Positions 29,762 through 40,695 are shown, counted from the stretch's first letter. The stretch: 64,000 bases of DNA from Prevotella sp. (GCA_031285625.1 JAITVV010000089.1:1-64000), one strand, 5' to 3'. Numbers and translations are program-made. The notes: generated by a model not told the origin, from the letters alone.

Positions 29762-30925
29762 TCAGAACACTATCTGCATCTGCCCTAAGACTGTATTTGA
29801 ATTCCTTTCTCCCCAACTTTTTGAATAATCCGAATATACATAATTCAGTTGGAACCGGCATGGACCATAAAAATGATAGTTGACACCCAATGTATATTCA
29901 ATCAGCTCATTATTTTTATCCTTATTTTGATTCAGATAATCAACCTTAGCAAAACCATTCAGCTTTTTAGGGATGAAATAGTACAACCCTATACCATGAA
30001 GCCCTTCCTTACTGATTCCACCATCATTGGCTTTTATCCATTCGGCCCGGGCATACAGTCTTTCCGATCTATAATCCGAGCTCACAATCCATCTGTTACG
30101 AACATGGTTAGACTCTTCTGTGTCATCGGAATTCATATACGCGGGTCTCAAATATTTAGCTTCTCCAAAATAGGCACCTCCTCCTATACGGAAACCTTTT
30201 ACAGGCTGTAACATAATATTTGCGGCAAAATCTTTTGAGTTATTATTCTCGCTGGTATTGATACCCGTACCCTGATATACCCCTATCCTGTATTCTAAAA
30301 GATCGTGAGTCTGGGTTTTGAATAAATTACCATATGCCATTATCCCCACATCACGCCCACTATTATTTTTACCGTTTTGCTCCTGTTGAACATCTCCGGT
30401 CATTCCTATTAATGAAGAAACAGAACGTGTATTAAGAACAGCTTCTATATCAGTCAGTGACATTTGATTCTCCAGAGAAAGAGGGGTCTTCATTTGTCCC
30501 AGTCTCAAATTGAATTCATTGGCCGGACTCCATTCGCCCCAAAATTCATATGGCATGGGCTTAACAAACTCTGCGAGAATAAAGTATTTAAAGTTTTTAG
30601 TGATCTCTCCACGCATTGATAAGAATATTACCCTGGCATCCAGGCTATGCTTTGTTTCGGCTAAGTCATTGTATTTATACATAAAGAGGCCGTACCCCCC
30701 AAAACGCATATATGGTGTATTAAAAGCCTCCCTTACTTTATCCACAGCCTGAGAAAAAGAAGGATTACCTTCCTTCTGCACAGGCTTTTGACGGAGAGAA
30801 TCTGCTTCACTCTGAGTAAGTACGTTCTTCTCTACCAGTTTTTTTAATAGTTCATTGTTAGAATCCTGAGCATAAATTAAACCACATGCTACACATAAAG
30901 AGAGCATGAATAAAAATCTTTTCAT
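29762..30925 (-). CDS. Outer membrane porin (phosphate-selective porin O/P-like)
   Basis: Signal peptide; GQMKTP..LEN and GRDVG motifs; C-terminal Phe. Confidence 0.75.
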   Translation of the reverse strand: MKRFLFMLSLCVACGLIYAQDSNNELLKKLVEKNVLTQSEADSLRQKPVQKEGNPSFSQAVDKVREAFNTPYMRFGGYGLFMYKYNDLAETKHSLDARVIFLSMRGEITKNFKYFILAEFVKPMPYEFWGEWSPANEFNLRLGQMKTPLSLENQMSLTDIEAVLNTRSVSSLIGMTGDVQQEQNGKNNSGRDVGIMAYGNLFKTQTHDLLEYRIGVYQGTGINTSENNNSKDFAANIMLQPVKGFRIGGGAYFGEAKYLRPAYMNSDDTEESNHVRNRWIVSSDYRSERLYARAEWIKANDGGISKEGLHGIGLYYFIPKKLNGFAKVDYLNQNKDKNNELIEYTLGVNYHFYGPCRFQLNYVYSDYSKSWGERNSNTVLGQMQIVF

Positions 30926-31008
30926 TATTAAATTTGATTATTATTTGTATTTAACTATTTCTCTGCATTCTTGTTTTCCCAAAGATGCAGTCTATTTTTC
31001 ATAAGTGT

Positions 31009-31662
31009 TTATATTTCTATCTTATCTCCGAGGTATTTAGGTCCCTTTCCTGTAGCGATATCGACAAATACCTTTACCCGGGCGAATAATTCACGTACTT
31101 TTGTCCGGTATGAAGAACGGTTGAGTGATAAGTCTTTGGCATTATATCCATAAGCCTCTAACCCATAATATTGCGCCAGAAAAACAGCACGCTCATTATG
31201 AAACTCTTGTGATACAATTATAAATGATTTTTGACCGAATATTTCACTCATCCTGACTACAGAGTCCAACGTTCGAAGCCCAGCATAGTCCGGATGAATA
31301 ATACTATCCGGAACCCCGGCCTCTATCAGTGCCTGACGCATATCTTCGGCTTCATTATAGTCTTTGCGACTATTATCTCCGCTAACAACAAAAGCCTGTA
31401 CCTTTCCGGCCTCATACAATTCTTTCGCAGCTTGTATGCGATATACAAAATACATATTGGGGCGATTCCCTATATTTTTTGCTGTGCCCAATACCAAAGC
31501 TGCTTTTTGTACAGGGATACTATCCACACTATTATGTACATAGTCTTTCGAATCGTGTGGGATCTTCCAGTTAGCAAAAGCTATAACAGAAACTATGAAA
31601 ATAAGTATTATAAATATTATCAAGAGAATACGTTTAAGGATCTTTTTTGTCCGGTTCTTCAT
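31009..31662 (-). CDS. SanA/DUF218 family protein
   Basis: VSGDN...YNE, DYAGLRTLDSV and SQEFHNERA motifs. Confidence 0.88.
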   Translation of the reverse strand: MKNRTKKILKRILLIIFIILIFIVSVIAFANWKIPHDSKDYVHNSVDSIPVQKAALVLGTAKNIGNRPNMYFVYRIQAAKELYEAGKVQAFVVSGDNSRKDYNEAEDMRQALIEAGVPDSIIHPDYAGLRTLDSVVRMSEIFGQKSFIIVSQEFHNERAVFLAQYYGLEAYGYNAKDLSLNRSSYRTKVRELFARVKVFVDIATGKGPKYLGDKIEI

Positions 31663-32531
31663 CAGATGCGATCTAGTACTTTTTTAATTAAATCTTCTAT
31701 CGACCCTTTATAATTGGCATTTGACTCTCCGGCTAAACGATTAGCGATAATAGTACATACGGTCATTGCTCGATGTCCCATCAGCCTGCCCAAGCCTGCC
31801 AGAGGTGCACTCTCCATTTCGTAATTGGTAATTACATCCTGATCGAATTTGAACGTTTCTATTTTACTATTCAAATCCGGATTAGCCAAAGGCATACGCA
31901 CATAACGGCCTTGAGGCCCATAAAAACCGATAGCAGAAATAGTCACTCCTTTTATCATATCCTCACCGCCTATACGCTCCACGAGTTCTTCATCTGCCTT
32001 AATTACATACGGGGCACAATGTTGAGGATTCCAGTTCACATGCTTTTTGAAAGCCTCTTCAAAATCAAGCAAAGCAACATTGTCACGTCCTTCGTAATAA
32101 TTGAGCACTCCATCAAAACCTATCGATTTGGCAGCAACAACATAAGAGCCTATCGGACAATGGGGCTGCAAGCCACCCGAAGTACCTACACGAACCATTG
32201 TCAACTGTTTAAAATCGGCTTTAACTTCACGCGTTTCGAAGTCTACATTGGCTAAAGCATCCAGTTCTGTGATTACAATATCCATATTGTCGGGGCCTAT
32301 GCCATGTGAAAGTGCTGTAATACGCTTTCCGTGATATGTACCTGTGATAGTTCTGAATTCACGGCTTTGGACCTCGCACTCTATAGTATCAAAAAAAGAG
32401 GCTGTAAGGGCTACCCGGTCGGGATCTCCCATCATTATTATCTTATCCGATAATTGCTCAGGTTTTATATGTAGATGAAATACACTTCCATCATTATTTA
32501 TAATCAATTCTGAGTCAGGAATTATTCTCAT
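31662..32531 (-). CDS. Nucleoside (uridine) phosphorylase family protein
   Basis: GDPDRV, RVGTSGG and NYEMES motifs. Confidence 0.88.
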   Translation of the reverse strand: MRIIPDSELIINNDGSVFHLHIKPEQLSDKIIMMGDPDRVALTASFFDTIECEVQSREFRTITGTYHGKRITALSHGIGPDNMDIVITELDALANVDFETREVKADFKQLTMVRVGTSGGLQPHCPIGSYVVAAKSIGFDGVLNYYEGRDNVALLDFEEAFKKHVNWNPQHCAPYVIKADEELVERIGGEDMIKGVTISAIGFYGPQGRYVRMPLANPDLNSKIETFKFDQDVITNYEMESAPLAGLGRLMGHRAMTVCTIIANRLAGESNANYKGSIEDLIKKVLDRI

Positions 32532-32598
32532 AATTATCTGCTTTTAATTAATGCGACAAAGATATAAATTATTACTTATCTATATCTTATGAGTTCCT

Positions 32599-33498
32599 TT
32601 AAAAAGACAGGCTTACCCGAAACCCAAATGTTCTTTCATTTCCTATTGTACTAAACCAAGGTGTACAAGCTAAAGAATAATCTGTTGAACTGGATTTTCC
32701 TCTATTCGGGTTTCCGGCAAATATCCCTATTACCTCATTCACCGGATCGATCAGATAGGCTACCACATTTCCCAAGATGCGGGAACCGAATAAACTATAA
32801 TCGTTTGCTACAATATGACGTTTGAGTATATAGAATCCTTCTCCGAAGATAGTTCCTGCGATAGGAGTTATGATCAGATCCTGAATAGAGGGAATCTCCA
32901 TAAAAGCTTCAATCCCGTACTCCCAGAATAAAGTAGATACCCCTGTAGCATAAAGGGCTGAATAAAGAATATTAAAGCCCAGACTTCTGGCACCCATATA
33001 ATATGCAGCCCCGCCATAAGGGTGGAGTATATAATTGAACATAAAATTATCTTTATCTACTACCGGCCCTCTTTTTACATTCCTCCACCATCTCTTAAAA
33101 GGTGGAGTATGTATCGTTTCCGACTTATTCCAGGCAGTAGCATTTTCGGGTAATGCATACAGCGCTCCAAGGGTTACAACTCCCGCGCTCAGTAACACTC
33201 CCGAATTTAAGGCTAACCTTTTGTAGTCAGGATAATTAGCCGTCATAGAATAAGGCAGATCATATATATTCACTTTAGAGGGAATTATCCTGAAGTTTTC
33301 CTTATAAACGCTATCAGAGAAAGCAATATCCGGTTTGAAAGATTGTACATCTATGGGGAAAATAGTTTGAACAGTATCGGATGCCGTTTTTTCATCTAAT
33401 ATAGACAACTCACCCTGAGCACTTATATTGAGTGTACCTACGAGTAGTAAGATAAGAAAATACCTGTTCCGCTGTTTATGGATAATATTATTCTTCAT
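32599..33498 (-). CDS. DUF3943 domain outer membrane protein
   Basis: NYILHPYGGAAYY and WEY..EA..E.PS.QD motifs. Confidence 0.8.
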   Translation of the reverse strand: MKNNIIHKQRNRYFLILLLVGTLNISAQGELSILDEKTASDTVQTIFPIDVQSFKPDIAFSDSVYKENFRIIPSKVNIYDLPYSMTANYPDYKRLALNSGVLLSAGVVTLGALYALPENATAWNKSETIHTPPFKRWWRNVKRGPVVDKDNFMFNYILHPYGGAAYYMGARSLGFNILYSALYATGVSTLFWEYGIEAFMEIPSIQDLIITPIAGTIFGEGFYILKRHIVANDYSLFGSRILGNVVAYLIDPVNEVIGIFAGNPNRGKSSSTDYSLACTPWFSTIGNERTFGFRVSLSF

Positions 33499-33666
33499 TC
33501 TAACATTTGCTAAAACCTTAATAACATATTATCATAAATTTAGCGAGACTATCCTATATTGCTTTTTATATAGATTTCCTTTTTATAGTTTGAAATGAAG
33601 ATTTTCCAAATTTTAACTAAATTATAAGATTAATTTCTGACTCATATATTCGAATAATTCATTATT

Positions 33667-35184
33667 TCATATTTGTAATGCCGGATATTTGGCAAAAGTC
33701 TTCGGTAAATTTGGAATGTTATCTTTATTCCAGCTACCACGCATATCTGATAGTACATCATCAAAATCTTTTCCTGCAATCTTCTTTACTATTTTTAGAT
33801 ACATTAAGAGTATATCGTCGTATTTCGAAGGATTGAAAGCAGCGAGCACAGCCACAGCCGATGCACCAATATATCCTCTCCATCCATCATAATCTTCATA
33901 AAGTGGATAAACTTCAATAGCCTCCATCAACTTTTTTACATACTGCTCTATTAATGGCTCCAGTTCAGGATGCCTCCCGGCTGCCCTAAAGAGTCCCCGT
34001 TCTCCAACTGCGCCATCTGGCTGTGTAAGGTATATACTGACACTACCAAATCGCCATGTGAGAAAATATTCATCTATATTATGTACTATCCTTTCCAGTA
34101 TCAGCTTTACTTGCGCTACCTTGTCGGGATCCATTTTCTCCTGTATTTTCATGATTCCTCTTTCCCAAGGTTCAAAATCATTATCTCCAAGGTAAAACCT
34201 TCTGGGATCGGGAATAATACCCTCGTGCATTACTTGGTGAAGTAAGGCTTTTACCCTCTTTAGCGACAAACTGCGATTCAAATCTTCGAGAATATGATAA
34301 AAGTTGGTAAGTAAGGTATCATAACTAACCTTCTTTTCAGGTAAATCTCTAGCACATTTGAGAAGAAGGATAAGTTCATTATCAAGCATTTTTCTATAAG
34401 ATGGGAACGTTCTGGTTCCCCCATATAATTCTATAAGTGCATTCTTTAACCTATTAGGACGATATCTGTTTGGGTATTTGATTAAATACTTTTCAAATAA
34501 GGGTATAAGCTTCTTTCGTCTCTCCGCATCTTTTTCCTGTCTTTCTATGGTAGCCTTTTCCGCCAGCTCTTCATCAATCCACTTATCTTTACCGTATGTT
34601 TTTAAAAATTCGGCAAATGCTTCTTTAAACGGTCCTGTTATTTTCTTTTCTATATATACTGAGGTATTATTAGTCAAATAATCGATAATGATTTTCTCAT
34701 CATTGAGCGAGATACGACAATCCATTATAGCTTTAAGCTTGCTACCTCCGCAGAGTTTAATAGCGATCTCGGTATGTCTCAGTTCTATATACAGTTCTTT
34801 TACATGTTCGAGATAAAGATACAACAGTCTCTTTTCCTCATCAGACAAATCCATCGTATTCTGAATCATCCTAAGTATGGCAATAATAGCCTCCAAACTA
34901 TACCAAGTAGCTTGTTGCGATATATAATCGGTATACTCATTGTATTTGAGCGACTTCTTTATATCATTATAAACTTCTACATAGCCTTCTTTGCGCTTTT
35001 CTTTCATTAAGCGAATAGCCTCATTCTGGCAGTCTAACTCATTATCAAATTTTTGTTGAATTGCTTCCGCATCATCATCCTGAATGGTAAATCCCCATTG
35101 AAATATATCAATACTCCAGATCTTCTTTTCTATACCGTTATCGTAGTCGAATGAATATTTTCTACACACGAAATTCAATGCCAT
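33667..35184 (-). CDS. Hypothetical protein with a degenerate WGR-like N-terminus
   Basis: KKIWSI...WG...F...EA..L.KEKRKEGYVE resembles the WGR domain; C-terminus resembles DUF6138-type proteins. Confidence 0.55.
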   Translation of the reverse strand: MALNFVCRKYSFDYDNGIEKKIWSIDIFQWGFTIQDDDAEAIQQKFDNELDCQNEAIRLMKEKRKEGYVEVYNDIKKSLKYNEYTDYISQQATWYSLEAIIAILRMIQNTMDLSDEEKRLLYLYLEHVKELYIELRHTEIAIKLCGGSKLKAIMDCRISLNDEKIIIDYLTNNTSVYIEKKITGPFKEAFAEFLKTYGKDKWIDEELAEKATIERQEKDAERRKKLIPLFEKYLIKYPNRYRPNRLKNALIELYGGTRTFPSYRKMLDNELILLLKCARDLPEKKVSYDTLLTNFYHILEDLNRSLSLKRVKALLHQVMHEGIIPDPRRFYLGDNDFEPWERGIMKIQEKMDPDKVAQVKLILERIVHNIDEYFLTWRFGSVSIYLTQPDGAVGERGLFRAAGRHPELEPLIEQYVKKLMEAIEVYPLYEDYDGWRGYIGASAVAVLAAFNPSKYDDILLMYLKIVKKIAGKDFDDVLSDMRGSWNKDNIPNLPKTFAKYPALQI

Positions 35185-35242
35185 AGTGATATGTATATGT
35201 TTATGTTAAGTAATGCAAAGTTAAAAATATATTATAAATACC

Positions 35243-35590
35243 CTATTCAATAGATAATTCTTCCATTGGATCCCAGAATATCATTTTCCAATTTTTAATC
35301 CGGTCGTTTACAACCATAATACCTTCTGACTCCAATGATTTCTGCATCTCCTTCGAATCTCCAAACGCATCTTTTCCGGACAAAACACCTTGGCTATTAA
35401 CGACCCGGTGTGCAGGAATTCCGGAGTTTGCAGAATCACATGCTCCCATTACCTTGCCAACCATACGAGACAGATTAGGATATCCGATTGCTTTAGCTAT
35501 TGCTCCATAACTGGTTGCACGCCCATAAGGAATATTTTTCACAACATCATATACCCCCTGGGTGAAGTCTTCTTTATCTAATTGAGCCAT
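35243..35590 (-). CDS. Alkyltransferase-like (ATL/MGMT family) protein
   Basis: IPYGRATSYG and RMVG motifs; PAHRV in place of the catalytic PCHRV. Confidence 0.85.
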   Translation of the reverse strand: MAQLDKEDFTQGVYDVVKNIPYGRATSYGAIAKAIGYPNLSRMVGKVMGACDSANSGIPAHRVVNSQGVLSGKDAFGDSKEMQKSLESEGIMVVNDRIKNWKMIFWDPMEELSIE

Positions 35591-35729
35591 ATTATCTATT
35601 GTTTGCCATAAAGATATAGAGAAATTTTACATCGGTTAAAAACTATACTAATTATAATTATTATATTTGTATTCTCTATTATCAAAAAATTCACTTGAAT
35701 TTAAATCTAAAAACCTAAAAATAAAGACC

Positions 35730-36569
35730 ATGAATCGATTTTTTAAATTACTATTTTCAATAATGTGTGCGCACACATTATTTTTTACTGGCAATATTCT
35801 TGCCAACGAACCCGAGAAAATGATAAAGGATGACGGCGAATTATTTAAAGTTGCGATAGCTGGTTATACCTTTGTGAACTTCAATTTGGATGAAACATTA
35901 AAGATGATGAAAGAAGTGGATGTACATTATTTATGTATAAAAGACTTCCACCTCCCATTAAATAGCACAGATGAAGAAATAGCTGCATTCCATGCAAAAC
36001 TGGCCAGCTATGATGTAACAGGATATGCTGTAGGCCCCATCTATATGAAAACAAAAGAAGAGGTAGACCGTGCCTTTGATTATGCCAAACGGGTAGGAGT
36101 AAAACTGATTGTTGGCGTACCAAATCACGATTTACTGCCATATGTGGATAAGAAAGTAAAAGAATATGACTTCAAATATGCAATCCATCTACATGGTCCG
36201 GATATTGAGTTATATCCGCATGCTACAGATATTTATGAAAATGTAAAGGATCTTGACCCTCGCATTGGCATGTGCCTTGATATCGGTCATGATGCACGTG
36301 CAGGACATGATCCGATAGCTGATCTGAAAAAATATAGCGACAGGGTTTTTGATATTCACATGAAAAATACAACTGCTGCAACTAAAGCAGGCAAGACAGG
36401 TGAAATAGGGCGTGGAATAATTGACATCCCAGCTTTTGTAAAGATGCTTCGTGAAGTAAAATATACCGGTGCATGCAGTCTGGAATATGAACGCAATATG
36501 AAAGCTCCTTTGGCCGGGATTGCTGAGTCGATCGGTTATTTTAGAGGAGTGATAGACGCTACAAAATAG
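35730..36569 (+). CDS. Exported sugar-phosphate isomerase/epimerase (xylose-isomerase-like TIM barrel)
   Basis: AIHLHG, CLDIGH, DIHMK, G.GIID and LEYE motifs; signal peptide. Confidence 0.8.
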   Translation: MNRFFKLLFSIMCAHTLFFTGNILANEPEKMIKDDGELFKVAIAGYTFVNFNLDETLKMMKEVDVHYLCIKDFHLPLNSTDEEIAAFHAKLASYDVTGYAVGPIYMKTKEEVDRAFDYAKRVGVKLIVGVPNHDLLPYVDKKVKEYDFKYAIHLHGPDIELYPHATDIYENVKDLDPRIGMCLDIGHDARAGHDPIADLKKYSDRVFDIHMKNTTAATKAGKTGEIGRGIIDIPAFVKMLREVKYTGACSLEYERNMKAPLAGIAESIGYFRGVIDATK

Positions 36570-36597
36570 AATTACTTTAAATTCTTTCAATAATAGG

Positions 36598-36628
36598 ATA
36601 GGTAACAATTTAATTGTTACCTATTTTT
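36598..36628 (+). terminator. Intrinsic terminator
   Basis: ataggtaacaatt-t-aattgttacctat followed by a T-run. Confidence 0.8.
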
Positions 36629-36650
36629 GTATCATTAACAGAAAGCAAAC

Positions 36651-37226
36651 ATGGACGAAATAGATAAGTTCAAAAAAATAAAAGAACAATCGGAAAAACG
36701 CTGGGAACATATAACATTGGATAGTTGCTATGGATTTCAGATACAGGAGGGTTCAAAATGGAAAGAAGGATTAACGGATAGCCAGATTAACAGCTTCGAA
36801 GAAGAAATGGGATTTTCTTTTTCCGAGACTCTTCGCAACTACTACAAGGTGATGAATGGGCTGGATAAACCCGGAATAAATGTATATGGGTACAGTGATG
36901 TACCATTTGCGTATCAACCAAAATTTTATTCCTATCCAGATGATGTAGGATTAATTAAAGAGTATATTAACTGGATATTTGACGCAAACAATACAAACTA
37001 TGATAAACTGAAAGAGATAGGGGCTTCACGTATCTTTCCTATTTATGGACACCGGTTTATGTTACTGGATACTCCCGGGAATCCTATTTTATCGATGCAT
37101 GGGGATGATATTATTTATTGGAGTAGAGACATATTTCAATTATTAGACATTGATATATTCAACAAATCAGGGGATAGGATGAAAGACGCCGATGAGATTA
37201 TTAACAAAATAGAGTTCTGGTTATGA
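36651..37226 (+). CDS. SMI1/KNR4 (SUKH) family protein
   Basis: GLTDSQINSFEEEMGFSF..LRNYY..NG and PIYGHRF...PILSMHGDDIIY motifs. Confidence 0.75.
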   Translation: MDEIDKFKKIKEQSEKRWEHITLDSCYGFQIQEGSKWKEGLTDSQINSFEEEMGFSFSETLRNYYKVMNGLDKPGINVYGYSDVPFAYQPKFYSYPDDVGLIKEYINWIFDANNTNYDKLKEIGASRIFPIYGHRFMLLDTPGNPILSMHGDDIIYWSRDIFQLLDIDIFNKSGDRMKDADEIINKIEFWL

Positions 37227-37696
37227 AAATAATACTCCTGGCTATAGGCAAAACAGATGCAGGCTATTTTATCGATGCCATCAAAGAATATACAAAAAGA
37301 CTGGAACATTATATTCCTTTCGAAATGCAGATTATTCCAAATATAAAAAACACGAAAAGCCTGACCATAGACCAACACAAAGAAAAAGAAGGAGAACTTA
37401 TTCTAAAAAACCTACAGGCAGGAGATCATCTGGTATTATTAGATGACAAAGGAAAAGAATATACTTCTGTGCAGTTTGCCAATTATATTGAAAAGAAGAC
37501 ACATACAGTAAGTAAACGATTAATATTTGTTATCGGTGGTCCTTATGGATTTTCCCAATCTGTATACGAAAAAGCGAATGAGAAACTCACCTTGTCCAGA
37601 ATGACTTTTTCACACCAGATGGTGCGGCTGATATTTGTGGAACAGCTTTACAGGGCTATGACAATCCTTAATAACGAGCCCTATCATCACGAGTAG
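37223..37696 (+). CDS. rlmH: 23S rRNA pseudouridine-1915 N3-methyltransferase
   Basis: FVIGGPYG, MTFSHQMVR and EQLYRA...PYHHE motifs. Confidence 0.96.
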   Translation: MKIILLAIGKTDAGYFIDAIKEYTKRLEHYIPFEMQIIPNIKNTKSLTIDQHKEKEGELILKNLQAGDHLVLLDDKGKEYTSVQFANYIEKKTHTVSKRLIFVIGGPYGFSQSVYEKANEKLTLSRMTFSHQMVRLIFVEQLYRAMTILNNEPYHHE

Positions 37697-37697
37697 G

Positions 37698-38942
37698 TTA
37701 CTCGAATCGTAATGACTTAGCCGGTGTAATACGTGCTATCAGGTAAGAAGGGCCAATCATAGCCAATACCGACAGGATCAGTGTAGCCACATTGATTAGT
37801 ACAATATAAAGTATATTGATATCCACAGGCATTTCGGATACATAGTATGTCTCAGGGTCAAGTTTTATCAGCCCAAAATATTTCTGTACAAACAATATTG
37901 TCAAAGCAATGATATTCCCCCAAAGCATCCCTTTCAATATAAGAAATGAAGAAACATAAAGAAACGTTTTACGGATACTGAAATTCTTTGCGCCCAATGT
38001 TTTCAGCATACCTATCATATTGGTTCTCTCAAGAATAATGATAAGTAGTCCCGATATCATAGTGAATATAGAAATGGCAAACATCAGGATAATAATTACC
38101 CATACATTCATATCAAGCAGATCGAGCCAGCTGAATATCATCGGGTTCATTTCCTTTATAGAACGTGTAAGAAATGTATTGCCATCTGCATCACGGTATG
38201 TCATCATATCCAGATAGACATCTTGCGTTATACGATCCAGATTATCATAATCATTCACAAGAAGTTCGATACCACTCACCTGATCATCATTCCATTTATT
38301 AAGTTTCTGAATAAGATGAATATCCGTAATAACGAACATCTTATCATAATCTTCGAAATTGGTGCTGTATATTCCGGTGATATTAAATTTGCGTGCGCTT
38401 CTTTCCTCTACAAAATAGGCTATAAAACTATCACCTGTCTTAAGATTGAGTTTTCCGGCAATATTCTTTGATATTATTACAGGATTCGTTATTGATGTAT
38501 CAGCAGGGTTGATGATTGAACCGTCAACCATATTACTCTTAAAGAATTGCCAATCGTAATCATCCCCTACCCCTTTCAGTATAATTCCCTGAAAGGCATC
38601 ATCTGTTTTGATAATCCCCGGCTTTGTGGCATATACCTGAGTATGTGCTACTCCCGGCTCTGATTTCAGTTTATCAATAACCTCAGGAGCAACAATGACC
38701 GGCATTGTTTCATATGAGGTAGTATTATTCAGATTTGTGATCTGTATATGCGAACCAAAGCCCACAATCTTATTGCGTACTTCTTTCTTAAAGCCCACAA
38801 CAATCGATAACGCCAGAATCATAGCAGCCAAGCCTATTGCAACTCCTGCAATAGCAATCTTAATGGCAGGGGAAGAGGCTTTCTTTTCACCTTTCTCTGT
38901 ACCAAAATGAATACGCTTAGCTATAAATAATTCTAAATTCAT
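37698..38942 (-). CDS. LolC/E-type ABC transporter permease
   Basis: MacB/FtsX architecture; IGMLKTLGA and YYVSEMP motifs. Confidence 0.85.
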   Translation of the reverse strand: MNLELFIAKRIHFGTEKGEKKASSPAIKIAIAGVAIGLAAMILALSIVVGFKKEVRNKIVGFGSHIQITNLNNTTSYETMPVIVAPEVIDKLKSEPGVAHTQVYATKPGIIKTDDAFQGIILKGVGDDYDWQFFKSNMVDGSIINPADTSITNPVIISKNIAGKLNLKTGDSFIAYFVEERSARKFNITGIYSTNFEDYDKMFVITDIHLIQKLNKWNDDQVSGIELLVNDYDNLDRITQDVYLDMMTYRDADGNTFLTRSIKEMNPMIFSWLDLLDMNVWVIIILMFAISIFTMISGLLIIILERTNMIGMLKTLGAKNFSIRKTFLYVSSFLILKGMLWGNIIALTILFVQKYFGLIKLDPETYYVSEMPVDINILYIVLINVATLILSVLAMIGPSYLIARITPAKSLRFE

Positions 38943-38960
38943 TTATCTGATAATTTGCAA

Positions 38961-39983
38961 CTAGAATAAAAATCCTTGTTCACTCGCCCTTTTTCTTCCC
39001 AAATGAGTATACGCCAGATCTGTGGCTTCACGTCCGCGAGGAGTACGTTTCATAAATCCTTCTTTAATGAGGAATGGCTCGTAAACTTCTTCGATAGTCC
39101 CGCCGTCTTCGCCAAGGGCAGTTGCAATTGTAGAAATACCAACCGGCCCACCTTTAAACTTATCAATAAGTATCAGTAATATCTTATTATCAATTTCGTC
39201 CAATCCATATTTATCTATATTCAGGGCTTCGAGTGCATATGTCGCAATATCTTTATCTATTTTACCTGTACCTTTTACCTGAGCAAAGTCACGTACCCGG
39301 CGTAACAAGGCATTTGCAATACGGGGAGTACCGCGGCTTCGGGATGCGATTTCTACAGCGGCATCTTTTGAGGTGGGAACATCCAGAATATCCGCAGAAC
39401 GAAGGATGATATTCGTAAGCGTTTCCATATCGTAATACTCCAAGTGCATATTGATACCAAACCGTGCACGCAAAGGACTTGTCAATAATCCACTCCGGGT
39501 AGTAGCCCCAACTAGTGTAAAAGGATTCAGCTCGATCTGTACCGAACGGGCACTCGGTCCCTTATCGATCATTATATCGATGCGATAATCCTCCATTGCA
39601 CTATACAAATACTCCTCCACTATTGGAGAAAGACGGTGTATTTCATCAATAAAGAGTACATCGTTAGGTTCCAGAGAGGTTAATAATCCCGCAAGGTCAC
39701 CCGGCTTATCCAATACAGGCCCTGACGTAACCTTAAAGCCTACACCCAACTCATTTGCTATAATATTCGACAATGTAGTCTTCCCTAGTCCTGGAGGACC
39801 ATGAAGAAGTGTGTGATCAAGGGATTCGCCACGCATTTTAGCTGCTGCAACAAAAACCTGAAGATTTTCTACGACCTTATTCTGACCGCTGAAACTTCGA
39901 AACGTGAGAGGACGCAATGCGTTTTCAAATTCCTTCTCATTTTCGTTTACGTTTCCTCTATGTGTATTGAATGTTCCTTCCAT
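38961..39983 (-). CDS. ruvB: Holliday junction branch migration helicase
   Basis: [23 protein letters not shown] and RTPRGR motifs. Confidence 0.98.
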   Translation of the reverse strand: MEGTFNTHRGNVNENEKEFENALRPLTFRSFSGQNKVVENLQVFVAAAKMRGESLDHTLLHGPPGLGKTTLSNIIANELGVGFKVTSGPVLDKPGDLAGLLTSLEPNDVLFIDEIHRLSPIVEEYLYSAMEDYRIDIMIDKGPSARSVQIELNPFTLVGATTRSGLLTSPLRARFGINMHLEYYDMETLTNIILRSADILDVPTSKDAAVEIASRSRGTPRIANALLRRVRDFAQVKGTGKIDKDIATYALEALNIDKYGLDEIDNKILLILIDKFKGGPVGISTIATALGEDGGTIEEVYEPFLIKEGFMKRTPRGREATDLAYTHLGRKRASEQGFLF

Positions 39984-40119
39984 AACGTGTAGCTGCAAAT
40001 TTACATCAATATATTCAATTTACATGCAGATTTACAGTTTCGAAAAATATAAAAGATTAAAATATTCTTCGATTTAACGCTAAAAAGATATTTCTTTGTG
40101 TGAACTTAAGATTTTAAAG

Positions 40120-40695
40120 ATGTTACGAAAGATTATAGAGTGGGATAAAGAATTGTTTTTGTACCTCAACAGCAAACATATTAGCTGGCTCGACCCTGCC
40201 ATGTTATTTTTCAGTTCTTATCTATGCTGGATACTTGTGTGCTTACTGATGGCTACAATAATCTATTTCAGATTGGAGATTTGGAGAAAAACAACTACTC
40301 TGTTTTTTCTGCTTTCGATTGGAGTAAGCGCATTATTGACCAATATAATCAAACTCATAGTAGAGCGGCCACGTCCCATTCACAACCAGGACTGGATAGA
40401 TACAATACATGCCATCGAAAAATATAGTTCCAGTACCAGTTTCTTTTCTTCGCATTCAGCCACGACATTTACTATGGCCGTATTTTTTCTTCTGGTTTTT
40501 CGGAAAAGTGCTTTAAAAATCTACGGATATTTAGCCTTAATATGGGCAACCATTGTAGCGTACAGTCGCATCTATCTGGCAAAGCATTATCCTTTTGATG
40601 TTCTCTGTGGAATATTGTTCGGAATCACAATTGGTATTCTAGGATATAAGTTATTGGAATATTATACTAGACGGAAAACCGAATTAAAACCTTAG
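40120..40695 (+). CDS. PAP2-family membrane phosphatase
   Basis: K...RPRP, SFFSSHS and SRIYLAKHYP.D motifs. Confidence 0.88.
   Translation: MLRKIIEWDKELFLYLNSKHISWLDPAMLFFSSYLCWILVCLLMATIIYFRLEIWRKTTTLFFLLSIGVSALLTNIIKLIVERPRPIHNQDWIDTIHAIEKYSSSTSFFSSHSATTFTMAVFFLLVFRKSALKIYGYLALIWATIVAYSRIYLAKHYPFDVLCGILFGITIGILGYKLLEYYTRRKTELKP

Noticed and set aside
36598-36624. GGTAACA/TGTTACC palindrome as a fourth copy of the dispersed element
   Set aside because: Single hexamers, short spacer, T-run and position after a stop codon indicate an ordinary terminator
37223-37696. rlmH 3' end as an SCC-like integration site
   Set aside because: rlmH directly abuts the convergent LolC/E gene; no recombinase or att duplication is visible
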